Part shown: positions 1 to 8,716 of the stretch, one piece after another
Layout: every line of letters starts with the position of its first letter
Numbering within the stretch: the first letter of the stretch is position 1
IMG/VR virus record: IMGVR_UViG_3300037760_000035
Span: 1-28,124 of that record
Length of the DNA: 28,124 nucleotides
From: a virus
Taxonomy: Duplodnaviria; Caudoviricetes
Direction: 5' to 3' (one strand)
Notes under the pieces: generated by a model
Database searches by the model: none
Told to the model about the DNA's origin: nothing
What the model saw: only the letters and a program-made list of their open reading frames with translations
Program-made: the position numbers and the translations under genes

Positions 1-31
1 GTCGGCCCGGCGTCCCCCCTGCCGGGTCGAC
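1..31 (+). terminator. GC-rich hairpin, possible terminator of the upstream gene
   Basis: GTCGGCCCGGC / GCCGGGTCGAC inverted repeat; no U-tract. Confidence 0.4.
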
Positions 32-38
32 CCGCCTG

Positions 39-105
39 AAACTCGCCGCCCGTACCTGCTGGACACGGCGACCCGAGGCGCGTAGGTTTGGAGGTATCAG
101 GAAAC
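39..105 (+). promoter_or_regulatory. Accessory-gene promoter motif, copy 1
   Basis: AAACTCGC (39), TGGACA (60-65), 17-bp spacer, TAGGTT (83-88), then TGGAGGTATCAGGAAAC; same layout at four other sites. Confidence 0.8.
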
Positions 106-128
106 AGAACGGAACGTAGGAGGACCCG

Positions 129-416
129 ATGACCACCGCTACCGCCGCCGACACCGTCGCCTACCTAACCCGCGACGGCGGATGGGGCGCCTGGGTTCGC
201 GTTACCGTCGCCGCTACTCCCGAGGCCGACGCCGCAGCCGCCGCGTTCTTCCGCCGCGCCTCTACCCTGGCGACCGGTCACGCCGCCCACGTCGACGAGG
301 AAGGCTCCGCAGGGATCGGCCCGGCGATGCTCGACGTGTTCTTCCCGACCTGCGAGCACGGCCTCTCCGCTCACCTTTGCGCCGACCCGATTAACCACTA
401 CCCCGCCGACCTCTAA
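129..416 (+). CDS. Hypothetical accessory (moron-like) protein, 95 aa
   Basis: ATG with AGGAGG RBS directly downstream of promoter copy 1; followed by a hairpin. Confidence 0.75.
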   Translation: MTTATAADTVAYLTRDGGWGAWVRVTVAATPEADAAAAAFFRRASTLATGHAAHVDEEGSAGIGPAMLDVFFPTCEHGLSAHLCADPINHYPADL

Positions 417-430
417 CCCGACACCCGCGG

Positions 431-460
431 CGCCCCGGCTTCCCCCGGCCGGGGCGTTCT
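431..460 (+). terminator. Intrinsic terminator-like hairpin
   Basis: CGCCCCGGC / GCCGGGGCG stem followed by TTCT. Confidence 0.6.
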
Positions 461-478
461 GCTGTCTACGATCAGCGG

Positions 479-805
479 GTGCGGGATCTCCTCGTCGTCG
501 CCCTTATCGCCCTAGCGACCCACCGGCTGACGCTCCTCGTGATCGACGACCGGATCACCCAGCGGCCCCGCCTCTGGGCTCAGGGCCGGTTCGAGGACCG
601 ATATGAGCGGCGCACCGGGGTCCACAGTGACCAGGAGTGGCTCTCCACGGGCGCCTACTTCCTCTCCTGCCCGTGGTGCGTCGGGATCTGGATAGCCGCC
701 GCCGTAACGGCCGGGACGAGCCTTGTCGTCGACGTCCCGCTACCCGTCCTAGTCTGGCTAACCGCCTCGACCGTAACGGGGCTCCTCCCTCGCGCCGAAC
801 CGTGA
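479..805 (+). CDS. DUF1360-like membrane protein
   Basis: Hydrophobic helices, LATHRLTLLVIDDRIT and LSCPWCVGIW motifs; immediately upstream of portal; TACGAT at 467-472 suggests a leaderless start. Confidence 0.7.
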   Translation: MRDLLVVALIALATHRLTLLVIDDRITQRPRLWAQGRFEDRYERRTGVHSDQEWLSTGAYFLSCPWCVGIWIAAAVTAGTSLVVDVPLPVLVWLTASTVTGLLPRAEP

Positions 806-859
806 TCGGTAGACACCGCAGGTAGCCTGCTGCCGTGACCGGAACTCGGGAGGATCATC

Positions 860-2491
860 GTGGCCGGTAGCCCGCTGCCCGCGTTCAACTCGCTCACCGC
901 GTCGGCTCAGATCGTCAAGCCGCTCCGGCGCCTAGCCCCGAAATACGAGACGTGGCAGACCGAACTATGGGACTACTACGACCGCCTCGGGGAGTACGCC
1001 GACGGGATCGGCTGGCTCGCTAAGACCATGTCTCGGGTCCGGCTCTGCGCCGCCGAAGTCGTCCCCGGTGGCGACGAGCCCCAGCGGATCGAGGAAGGCC
1101 CGGCCGCGGAAGCCGTCCAGCGGCTCGCCGGAGGGACCGCGGGACAAGCCGAGCTGATGAAAGAGTCGACGATCCACCTATCCGTCCCCGGGGAGGGCTG
1201 GCTCGTCGGCGAGCGGGGGATCTCCGAGGACCGCATGATCGAGGAGGGTCTCGTCGACCGGGAGTGGTGGTCGATGCGCTCCGCCGACGAGATCAAGGTC
1301 TCGACGAAGCGGGACGACCGGGGCCGCCCGACGTTCGAGGTACGAGACGAGGAGGCGGGCTGGCGGCCGATCTCCGCGGACTCGATCGTCCTACGGCTCT
1401 GGGACCCGCACCCCCGGTTCGGCTGGGAGGCCGACTCGGCCGGGCGTCACGCCCGCGGGGCGATGCTCAAGCTCGACATGCTGAATAAGCGGATCATCGC
1501 GACGATCGTCTCCCGGCTCGCCGGTAACGGCATCCTCGTCTACGACATGAACCGGCTCTCGGTCCCGGAGAATAAGGGGCCGACCGAGGACGCCGACGAG
1601 AACGAGGACCCGTTCGCCCGGATGCTCGTCGAGGCTGCTGCCCGAGGGATCGCCGACCCCGTCTCCGCCGAGGCCGTGATCCCGATGCCGCTCGGCGCGG
1701 ATATCGGCGACGGGGAGCGGTTCGACCCGGAGCTGATCCTCCGCCACGTCACGTTCTCGAACCCGCTCGACGAGAAACTGATGGACCTACGGGAGGGCGC
1801 GGTCCGCGAGCTAGCCCGCTCCCTCGACATGCCCGCCGACGTAATGCTCGGCCTCGCCGACGTTAACCACTGGACGGCCTGGCAGATCGACGAGTCCGGC
1901 ACCAAGATCCACGTATCGCCGAAGGCTGAGACCGTCGTTCACGGCCTCACGAAGGGCTACCTCGTTCCGACGTTGAAGGCGGCCGACGCCCCCCTGTTCG
2001 GGCCGAACGGCGGCCGGATCGTCGTCTGGTACGACACGTCGGAGATCACCCAGCGGCCGGACCGGTCGGCCAACATGGTCCTGGCCTATGACCGGTTCGA
2101 GGTCAACGGGACCGCGCTCCGCCGCGAGATCGGCGCCGACGACGACGACAAGCCGACCCCGGCGCAGCTCCGCGAGATGGTCATCAAGCAGGCGGCCCGG
2201 CAACCGGCGACGCTACTGACCGCCCTACAGATACTCGGCGAGGACGTCCCGGCCGCCCCCGGGGAGTCCGAGCAGGAGGTCGCGGAGGAACCACCCGACG
2301 TCGACCGCCCGGCCGACGGGCCTCCCGATACCCAGGACGAGCCACCCCCGCCGCCCGACGACGACGTCGACGAGCTGGCCGCCGCCGCTACGGTCCGCCG
2401 ATCGGTTCTCGTCCCGGCCGGAGCCGCCCATCCGAACCGGGCGACCCGCGCCCGACGGAACGGAACCCGAACCGCCGAGCCCGCCGAGTAG
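860..2491 (+). CDS. Portal protein
   Basis: 543 aa, GGAGG RBS; HLSVPGEGWLVG, RLWDPHPR, LGLADVNHWTAWQIDE motifs of actinophage portals; acidic Pro-rich C-terminus; position before MuF/protease. Confidence 0.85.
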   Translation: MAGSPLPAFNSLTASAQIVKPLRRLAPKYETWQTELWDYYDRLGEYADGIGWLAKTMSRVRLCAAEVVPGGDEPQRIEEGPAAEAVQRLAGGTAGQAELMKESTIHLSVPGEGWLVGERGISEDRMIEEGLVDREWWSMRSADEIKVSTKRDDRGRPTFEVRDEEAGWRPISADSIVLRLWDPHPRFGWEADSAGRHARGAMLKLDMLNKRIIATIVSRLAGNGILVYDMNRLSVPENKGPTEDADENEDPFARMLVEAAARGIADPVSAEAVIPMPLGADIGDGERFDPELILRHVTFSNPLDEKLMDLREGAVRELARSLDMPADVMLGLADVNHWTAWQIDESGTKIHVSPKAETVVHGLTKGYLVPTLKAADAPLFGPNGGRIVVWYDTSEITQRPDRSANMVLAYDRFEVNGTALRREIGADDDDKPTPAQLREMVIKQAARQPATLLTALQILGEDVPAAPGESEQEVAEEPPDVDRPADGPPDTQDEPPPPPDDDVDELAAAATVRRSVLVPAGAAHPNRATRARRNGTRTAEPAE

Positions 2492-2498
2492 GCCCGGT

Positions 2499-2627
2499 AT
2501 GGATACCCGGCACCCGGACTCGCATTACCTCGGCGGCCGACTCAAGCCGTGGTGGCGGCAGATCCGCGCATCCGAGGAGCGCCGCGCCCGGGAGGAAGCA
2601 GACGAGGACGAGGAGGACGACCAGTGA
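2499..2627 (+). CDS. Small hypothetical protein, 42 aa (MDTRHPDSHYLGGRLKPWWRQ...EDEEDDQ)
   Basis: Fills the gap after portal; its TGA overlaps the next GTG start (GTGA at 2624-2627); below ORF-track cutoff. Confidence 0.5.
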   Translation: MDTRHPDSHYLGGRLKPWWRQIRASEERRAREEADEDEEDDQ

Positions 2628-5600
2628 GAACCCCCGGCCTGACCGTCGACGACGTCGAGACCCTCGCCGACCAGTTCGAGGCCCTCGTTACCCGGGAGAT
2701 GACCCGGATCGCCGGGCTCGCCGCCGAACACCTCGGAGCCCGGATCGAGGCCCGCGGGAACTCGGCGTCGGTCTCCCAGGGCGACGTCAACATGATCTTC
2801 CGGCTGTGGGACGCCTCAGTCGAGGAGAAACTCCTCCCCGCGCTAGAGGACGTCTGGCTCGCCGCCGCGAACCATCAGCGCCGCTCGATCGAGGACGTCC
2901 TCCCGCTCCTCGCCGCCGTCTCGATGCCCGACGCGACCGACGACCCCGGCGCCACCGTAACCCCCCCGCCCCCGGAACCGCCGTCGATCTTCACCCGGGG
3001 GTCGGCCGCAGCCGCCGCGTTCCTGTCGAACGCCCGGAACCGGCTCCGCGCTATCGGTAACGAGCTATGGGCCGCCGCCCGGATCGGCCTGACCGCTGGC
3101 ATGTCCGCGGGCGAGTCAATCCCGAAGCTCGCCGCCCGGGTCCGGGACGCGACCGGAGTAGCCACCCCGCGGGCGACGACGATCGCCCGAACCGAAGTGA
3201 TCAGCGTCTCGAACGCCGGGTCGATCTTCGCGATGCGCTCGACCCGAGGGCTCGTAACCCGTAAGACCTGGCTCGCCACCCAGGACAGCCGGACCCGCCC
3301 CGATCATCTCGCCGCCGATAACCAGACCGTCGGGCTCGACGAGAGGTTCACGATCGGCCTCGTCTCCCCCGCCTCCCTCGACTATCCGGGCGACCCGTAC
3401 GGCCCTCCGGAGCAAGTGATCAATTGCCGGTGTTCGATGACTTACGAGGTAGAGATGCCAACACCCGACCAGGCGGGCCTTGTCGCCGCCACCGTCTCCC
3501 CGACGACCGGGATGATCGCCCTACGGCCCGCCGACCCGGCCGCGTTCGTCGTCGACGGCGGGGACCCGGCCGACGAGCTACACGTGACGATGACCTTCCT
3601 CGGCGAGGTCGATGACGACCTGCACGAGGCGGCTCGTAAAGCTGCGGAGAAGGCCGCCGACGCCGCCTCCGGCCCGTTCACCGCGAGGGTCGCCGGGTAC
3701 GGCGTACTCGGCGCGGAGGACGCCGTAGTCCTGTTCCTCAACGGCTCCGGGTTCGCCGAGATCCGGGCCGCCCTCGACTCCGACGGAGACCTCGCCGCCC
3801 CCGAGCAGTGGGAGCCGTGGATCTGTCACATGACCCTCGGCTACGGGATCGACGTCTCGGTCGCGAAGCAGTTCATCGGCCGCGAGTTCGAGATCGACGC
3901 CCTCTCCGTCGACGTCGGCGAAAACCATGATCGGTTTGTACTCGGCGGGTCCGCTGTTACGCTCCGCGCAGGATCGACCCGGGAGGCGTCAGTGACCCAG
4001 CGCACCTTCCAGCTAGAGGAGGAAGGGCGGACCGCCAGGTGGCGGGGCGTCATGGTCGTCGAGGACGTTCCGACCGGCGACGGCCGCCAGTTCGCGGCGG
4101 ACGCCCTTACGTGGCCGGACCTCCCTCTCCCGTTGCAGTGGCAGAAAGAGACGACCCACGGCGGGATGAACGACGTCGTCGTAACGGTCGGGACGATCGA
4201 CGCGATCGAGCGCGACGGCAACAAGATCATGGGCGAGGGCCTGATCGACCTCGGCTCCGAGGACGGCCGCGAGGTGTACCGGCGCATCGACGAACTCGGC
4301 CTCGGCGGGGTCTCGATCGTTGCCGACGACCCGGAACAGGCCGACGTCGAATACGTCTACCCGGAGGGCTGCGACGAGATCGACGACCTGACCCCGGACG
4401 AGATCGAATCCGAGGTCCCGATGGAGGAGCTAGAGAAGTGCTTCTGGCCGATCCTGGTGATCTTCCATTCGGGGCGTATCCGGGCTCTAACGATCGTCGA
4501 TACTCCGGCGTTCGTCGAAGCGAAGATCGAGATAGTAGACGAGGCTGAGGTGACCGCAGCAGTGAAGGCGCAGCCGGTAGTCCTGACGGTAGGCGAGCAG
4601 ACCTTCGAGATCGGGGAGGTCGGCTCGTTCGCTGATCTGCCCGACTTCCTGACGGCGCTCGCCGGGAAGATCGACCGGGAACCGGGCGCGGTGTTCACCG
4701 TCGAAGGGGAGAACGGCGAGGCCGAGGAGACGGTCGAGGCGGCTACCGAGGAGACGGTCGAGGAACCCCCCGAGCAGCTCGTCGCCGCCGCCTATACGGT
4801 GACGATCCCCGACCTGCCGTCGATCGACTGGTATACCGAGCCCGCCGAGCTACCTCCGATCGGCGGGATCCGCGTCACCCCGGAGGGCCGGTTCTACGGC
4901 CTTCTCGCACCGAAGGACATCGCGCACCGCGGGTTCGCCGACAAGCGGATTACGGTCCCGATGGGTAACGTCGACTACGACCGGTTCATGTCGAGGCAGA
5001 CCCCGGTCGCCCTCGCCGACGGGACGGTCGAGGAGATCCCCGCGGGCGTGGTCACGATGAACTGCGGCCACGCTCCGACGACCGGACCGAACGCCTCCTC
5101 GGCGGACGCCGCCCTAGAGCACTACGACAACTCGTGCTCGATCGCCGCGACTATCCGGATCGGCGAGTCCAAGCACGGCGTCTGGGTCGCCGGGGCGCTG
5201 ACCCACGGTATCGAGGCGAAGGACCTCGCCCGACTCCTCGGCTGCCAGCTCTCCGGCGACTGGCGGCCGCACCCGGAGAGGCCCGGGATGCGGGAGCTGA
5301 CCGCCGCTCTACTCGTCCCGGTCCCCGGGTTCGCCGCGTCCGGGCCGACCGTCCGGATCGAGGACGGCCAGCTCGTCGCCGCCTCCGCCCCGATCAAGCT
5401 GACCGAGTCCCCGGCGTTCACTGCGGTCGACGATACGACGGTAGAGACGATCGGCGAGACCGTCGAGGAGACCGGTAGCGAGACCGTCGAGGAGGCGGTC
5501 GAGGAGACCGCCGAGACGCCCGAGGCCGAGGTCGAACTTCCGGAGGCGGTCGAGGAGGAGATCGTCGAGACCTACTCGGGCACGCAGATCGACGCCTCGG

Positions 5601-5749
5601 AGATCCGCGACGGGTACATCGAGGACCTCCCCGACTTCGAGGAAGCCCTCCGGGCGAACGACCCGGTCGTACAAGCGGCGGCGATCGCGGCCGACGTCCG
5701 GAAGGCCAGGCTCGACGAGCTAGTCGCGAGCGTGAGAGGAGCCGGTTAG
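2624..5749 (+). CDS. MuF-like head morphogenesis / 2H phosphoesterase / capsid maturation protease fusion
   Basis: Likely start GTG 2624 (AGGAGG RBS). MuF motifs ARTE, KTWLATQDSRTRPDH, PGDP...NCRC; two HxT motifs (HVT 3581, HMT 3827); protease-like segments (TGDGR...THGG...GVS...PAF at ~4040-4535 and GHA...HYDN...LSGDWR...VPGF at ~4880-5335); acidic tail. Confidence 0.8.
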   Translation: MRTPGLTVDDVETLADQFEALVTREMTRIAGLAAEHLGARIEARGNSASVSQGDVNMIFRLWDASVEEKLLPALEDVWLAAANHQRRSIEDVLPLLAAVSMPDATDDPGATVTPPPPEPPSIFTRGSAAAAAFLSNARNRLRAIGNELWAAARIGLTAGMSAGESIPKLAARVRDATGVATPRATTIARTEVISVSNAGSIFAMRSTRGLVTRKTWLATQDSRTRPDHLAADNQTVGLDERFTIGLVSPASLDYPGDPYGPPEQVINCRCSMTYEVEMPTPDQAGLVAATVSPTTGMIALRPADPAAFVVDGGDPADELHVTMTFLGEVDDDLHEAARKAAEKAADAASGPFTARVAGYGVLGAEDAVVLFLNGSGFAEIRAALDSDGDLAAPEQWEPWICHMTLGYGIDVSVAKQFIGREFEIDALSVDVGENHDRFVLGGSAVTLRAGSTREASVTQRTFQLEEEGRTARWRGVMVVEDVPTGDGRQFAADALTWPDLPLPLQWQKETTHGGMNDVVVTVGTIDAIERDGNKIMGEGLIDLGSEDGREVYRRIDELGLGGVSIVADDPEQADVEYVYPEGCDEIDDLTPDEIESEVPMEELEKCFWPILVIFHSGRIRALTIVDTPAFVEAKIEIVDEAEVTAAVKAQPVVLTVGEQTFEIGEVGSFADLPDFLTALAGKIDREPGAVFTVEGENGEAEETVEAATEETVEEPPEQLVAAAYTVTIPDLPSIDWYTEPAELPPIGGIRVTPEGRFYGLLAPKDIAHRGFADKRITVPMGNVDYDRFMSRQTPVALADGTVEEIPAGVVTMNCGHAPTTGPNASSADAALEHYDNSCSIAATIRIGESKHGVWVAGALTHGIEAKDLARLLGCQLSGDWRPHPERPGMRELTAALLVPVPGFAASGPTVRIEDGQLVAASAPIKLTESPAFTAVDDTTVETIGETVEETGSETVEEAVEETAETPEAEVELPEAVEEEIVETYSGTQIDASEIRDGYIEDLPDFEEALRANDPVVQAAAIAADVRKARLDELVASVRGAG

Positions 5750-5860
5750 ATGGTCCCGCTGTTCTGCGGATGCGGTAAGAAAACGACGAAAGTGATCACC
5801 ACGAAGCAGGCCCAGGGCAGCCAGTCCGGGCAGGGAACCGGCGAGTCCTCGTCCGGTTGA
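5750..5860 (+). CDS. Small CGCG-motif peptide, 36 aa (MVPLFCGCGKKTTKVITTK...)
   Basis: ATG immediately after the previous TAG, GAGAGGA RBS; lies between protease and capsid genes. Confidence 0.55.
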   Translation: MVPLFCGCGKKTTKVITTKQAQGSQSGQGTGESSSG

Positions 5861-5917
5861 CACGGCAACCACACTAGGTATCGACGACCGCCACGAGGCG
5901 CAGAAAGGTCAGACGAG

Positions 5918-7717
5918 ATGGGTCTGCAGATCGACTCCCTGCCGGGTAGCCCGGCCGAGTTCCAGGCGTATATGGACGCCCTCGACGACAAGGGGCTAGC
6001 CAAGCTGGGTGAGGCCCTAGAAGCTCGCTTCGACCAGGTCTACGGCGACGGCTCCGACGTCGACGACGACGGTGTGAAGCTCCTGACCGGGCTCCGCGAC
6101 AAGATCCAGTGGGCGAAGGCCGAGATCAAGAAGCGCGAGCACGCTGCCCTCGACGCCGAGGCGCAGGAGGCCGCCGCCCGCCAGCGAGCGGTGTTGGAGA
6201 AGCTCAAGGCGTCGGTGAAGAACGGCGACGGGGCCGACGGGAACGGCGGCGGGGTTGCCCTCGCTACCCGCACCGACGCAGACCCCGGCGACGGGACGAC
6301 CGCGGCCGGTTCGGACGGGTTCTCGACCGAGTTCGCCGCGAAGCTCCTCGCCGCGATCGAGGCCCAGACCCTCTCGACCCTGTCGAACGTCAAGGGCTTC
6401 GACCTCAACGCGCACGTCCGGAACATGCCGCTGTCGGCCGCCGCTCAGCACGCCCCCGACCCGAAGGTCGCGGCGAGGCGCTCCGAGCCGGTCCTCGTCG
6501 CCTCCGGCGATATCCCCGGTATGGCCCAGGGGAACCGGATCTCGACGTTCTCGGACCTCGTCCAGACGATGCACGCCCGGTCCCGGATGCTCGCTACCAC
6601 GCGGGGCAAGCCGAACTTCGTCCCGGTCGCCACCCTCGAACGTGACTTCCGGTACAAGCTGGCCCTCGACTCGACCCCCGAGGAGGTCAACGAGGTCCTA
6701 CAGGCCGCGACGGACGTCCAGGCGCTCGTCGCCGCTGGCGGCTGGTGCTCCCCCTCGGAGATCAGCTACGACTTCTACAACATCGTCGCCGAGGACGGCC
6801 TGCTCGACCTCCCGAGCGTGGGTGTGCTGAACCGGGGCGGGCTCCGCTTCCCGACCTCCCCGACGATCGCCGACATTCTCGGCACGGCGGCGATCTGGTC
6901 GTGGACCGAGGCGCAGGACGAGGCCGCGGTCGACTCCGACTCCGAGGTCAAGACGTGTGCCCGGGTCGACTGCCCCGAGTTCGCCGAGGTCCGCGCCGCG
7001 TGTGACGGGCTCTGCGTGACGGTCGGGAACCTGGTCGACTTCTCCTACCCGGAGCTGGTCGCGAACCACATTCGGCTCGTGTTCGCCGCCCGCGCCCACC
7101 TGACGAACCAGCTCGTCATCGACACCCTGGTCAACCACACGCTAACCCAGGGCGTCGACCTGAGCGGGCTCGGCCTCGCCGGGGAAGGCGCGACCGCGTC
7201 GATCCTGAACTCGGTCGAGTTGCAGGTCGAGGACTACCGGGCGCGGTTCCGCATGGCGCAGGGCTCGATCCTCGAAGCGGTGTTCCCGCATTGGGCGCTC
7301 GGGCTGATCCGGGCCGACCTGGCGAACCGGAACGGGGTCAACCTGCTCTCGGTGTCGAACGGTCAGATCGCCGACTGGCTGAACGAGCGCGGCGTCCGCG
7401 CCCAGTTCGTCTACGACTGGCAGTCCGGGTTCGACACCGACCCGTTCGGTGACCCGGACACGATCGCCACCACGTGGCCGACCTCGGTCGAGTTCCTGAT
7501 CTACGCGCCGGGGACGTTCGTCCGCGGCCAGGGCTTGCAGCTCGACCTCGGGGTCGTGCGGGACTCGGTCCTGAACGAGAAGAACGACCACACGGCCGCG
7601 TGGATGGAGGACTGCTACGCGATCGCCGGAGTCGGTCACGAGGCTCGCCTGGTGACGGTCGACGCTTGCGCGGCCGGTACGACCGGCGCCGCCGAGATCA
7701 CCTGCGCCGGGTCCTAA
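5918..7717 (+). CDS. Major capsid protein (hexamer type) with N-terminal scaffold-like coiled coil
   Basis: 599 aa; helical N-terminus, then LVAAGGWCSPSEISYDF, GLLDLP, RGGLRFP, LDLGVVRDSVLNEKND motifs of Rosebush/cluster B-type capsids. Confidence 0.85.
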   Translation: MGLQIDSLPGSPAEFQAYMDALDDKGLAKLGEALEARFDQVYGDGSDVDDDGVKLLTGLRDKIQWAKAEIKKREHAALDAEAQEAAARQRAVLEKLKASVKNGDGADGNGGGVALATRTDADPGDGTTAAGSDGFSTEFAAKLLAAIEAQTLSTLSNVKGFDLNAHVRNMPLSAAAQHAPDPKVAARRSEPVLVASGDIPGMAQGNRISTFSDLVQTMHARSRMLATTRGKPNFVPVATLERDFRYKLALDSTPEEVNEVLQAATDVQALVAAGGWCSPSEISYDFYNIVAEDGLLDLPSVGVLNRGGLRFPTSPTIADILGTAAIWSWTEAQDEAAVDSDSEVKTCARVDCPEFAEVRAACDGLCVTVGNLVDFSYPELVANHIRLVFAARAHLTNQLVIDTLVNHTLTQGVDLSGLGLAGEGATASILNSVELQVEDYRARFRMAQGSILEAVFPHWALGLIRADLANRNGVNLLSVSNGQIADWLNERGVRAQFVYDWQSGFDTDPFGDPDTIATTWPTSVEFLIYAPGTFVRGQGLQLDLGVVRDSVLNEKNDHTAAWMEDCYAIAGVGHEARLVTVDACAAGTTGAAEITCAGS

Positions 7718-7766
7718 GCCCGAGTGGGCTACTCAGCGGTTCGGGGTTCGAGGGAGAGGGTGAACG

Positions 7767-8714
7767 GTGGCTAACGGTCGGCTGATCTTGTCCGACGCGC
7801 AGGCGCAGGCGCTGTTCACCCCCGCCCTATTCGGGCTCCTCGACACCGCTACCGAGCTGGGGGAGCTGCCGCCGCATTGGCAGCAGGGCCTTACGTGGGA
7901 GCCGATCTGCGCGGAGGGGTTCACCACATACGCCCGGTGTCTCGTCGTCGTCGAGTCCTCGGACGTCCCGGTCGGCGGCGAGGTCCCCGCGGATGAGGGG
8001 GGACCTCCGGAGCCTCCGGATAAGGAAGCGTCGACGTTCAACGAGATCCGGGGCGCGACACCGTTCGCGGCCGGGGTCGAGATCGACTGTTCCCCGGTCG
8101 CCGGGCCGGAACGTATCCGGTCCCGGGCGACGGAGGCGCTGACCCGGTCCGAAGCCCGTCAGGTCGAGGAGGCGTTCTGGACCGGGCAGGCGGCGAGCCA
8201 GCAGGTCGTCTGGCCTCACCTGGCGGCCTCGTCGGCGCTCGTCGAACCGGGCGCCGGAGGAGCCGAGCTACAGCCGGAGGCGATCGTCCTCAACGGGGGG
8301 ACGGCGACGGATATCGTCTCGGCGGTCGCGCTCCTAGAGTCCGCGCTCGGCGACTGCTACGACGGTGTCGGGACGATCCACGTCCCCCGGGTCCTCGCCC
8401 CTCACATGGCGGCGTGGTCGCTGATTACCGTCCGCGGCGGGGCGATCACGACGACCCTCGGGACGAAGGTCGCGGCCGGACGCGGCTACCCGGGGACCGG
8501 CCCGGACGGGCAGGACGGCGGAGCTACCGGCGTCCAGTGGATCTACGCGACCGGCTCGGTGTTCTACAAGCGAGGCGATGTGTGGTCGCCGACCGCCGTC
8601 GAGTCGTTCGACCGCGCTCGTAACACGGTGCGGGCTATGGCGGAACGGGCGTACGTATTCGGCTGGGACTGCTGCCTACTGGCGGTCCCGGTCGCGATCG
8701 AGGAAGGGTCCTGA
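7767..8714 (+). CDS. Second capsid protein (pentamer type)
   Basis: 315 aa directly after major capsid; HWQQGLTWEPIC, ALLESALG...GTIHVP, GRGYPGTGP, WIYATGSV, AERAYVFGWDCC. Confidence 0.7.
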   Translation: MANGRLILSDAQAQALFTPALFGLLDTATELGELPPHWQQGLTWEPICAEGFTTYARCLVVVESSDVPVGGEVPADEGGPPEPPDKEASTFNEIRGATPFAAGVEIDCSPVAGPERIRSRATEALTRSEARQVEEAFWTGQAASQQVVWPHLAASSALVEPGAGGAELQPEAIVLNGGTATDIVSAVALLESALGDCYDGVGTIHVPRVLAPHMAAWSLITVRGGAITTTLGTKVAAGRGYPGTGPDGQDGGATGVQWIYATGSVFYKRGDVWSPTAVESFDRARNTVRAMAERAYVFGWDCCLLAVPVAIEEGS

Positions 8715-8716
8715 CA

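Noticed and set aside
2549-2623. ORF-track start of the 1066-aa fusion at 2549
   Set aside because: The extension is Arg/Gly junk overlapping a better small ORF; GTG 2624 has a strong AGGAGG RBS
5857-5885. Perfect TTGACA upstream of the major capsid gene
   Set aside because: No TANNNT at 16-18 bp spacing (TAGGTA is only 12 bp away); it overlaps the stop codon of a small ORF
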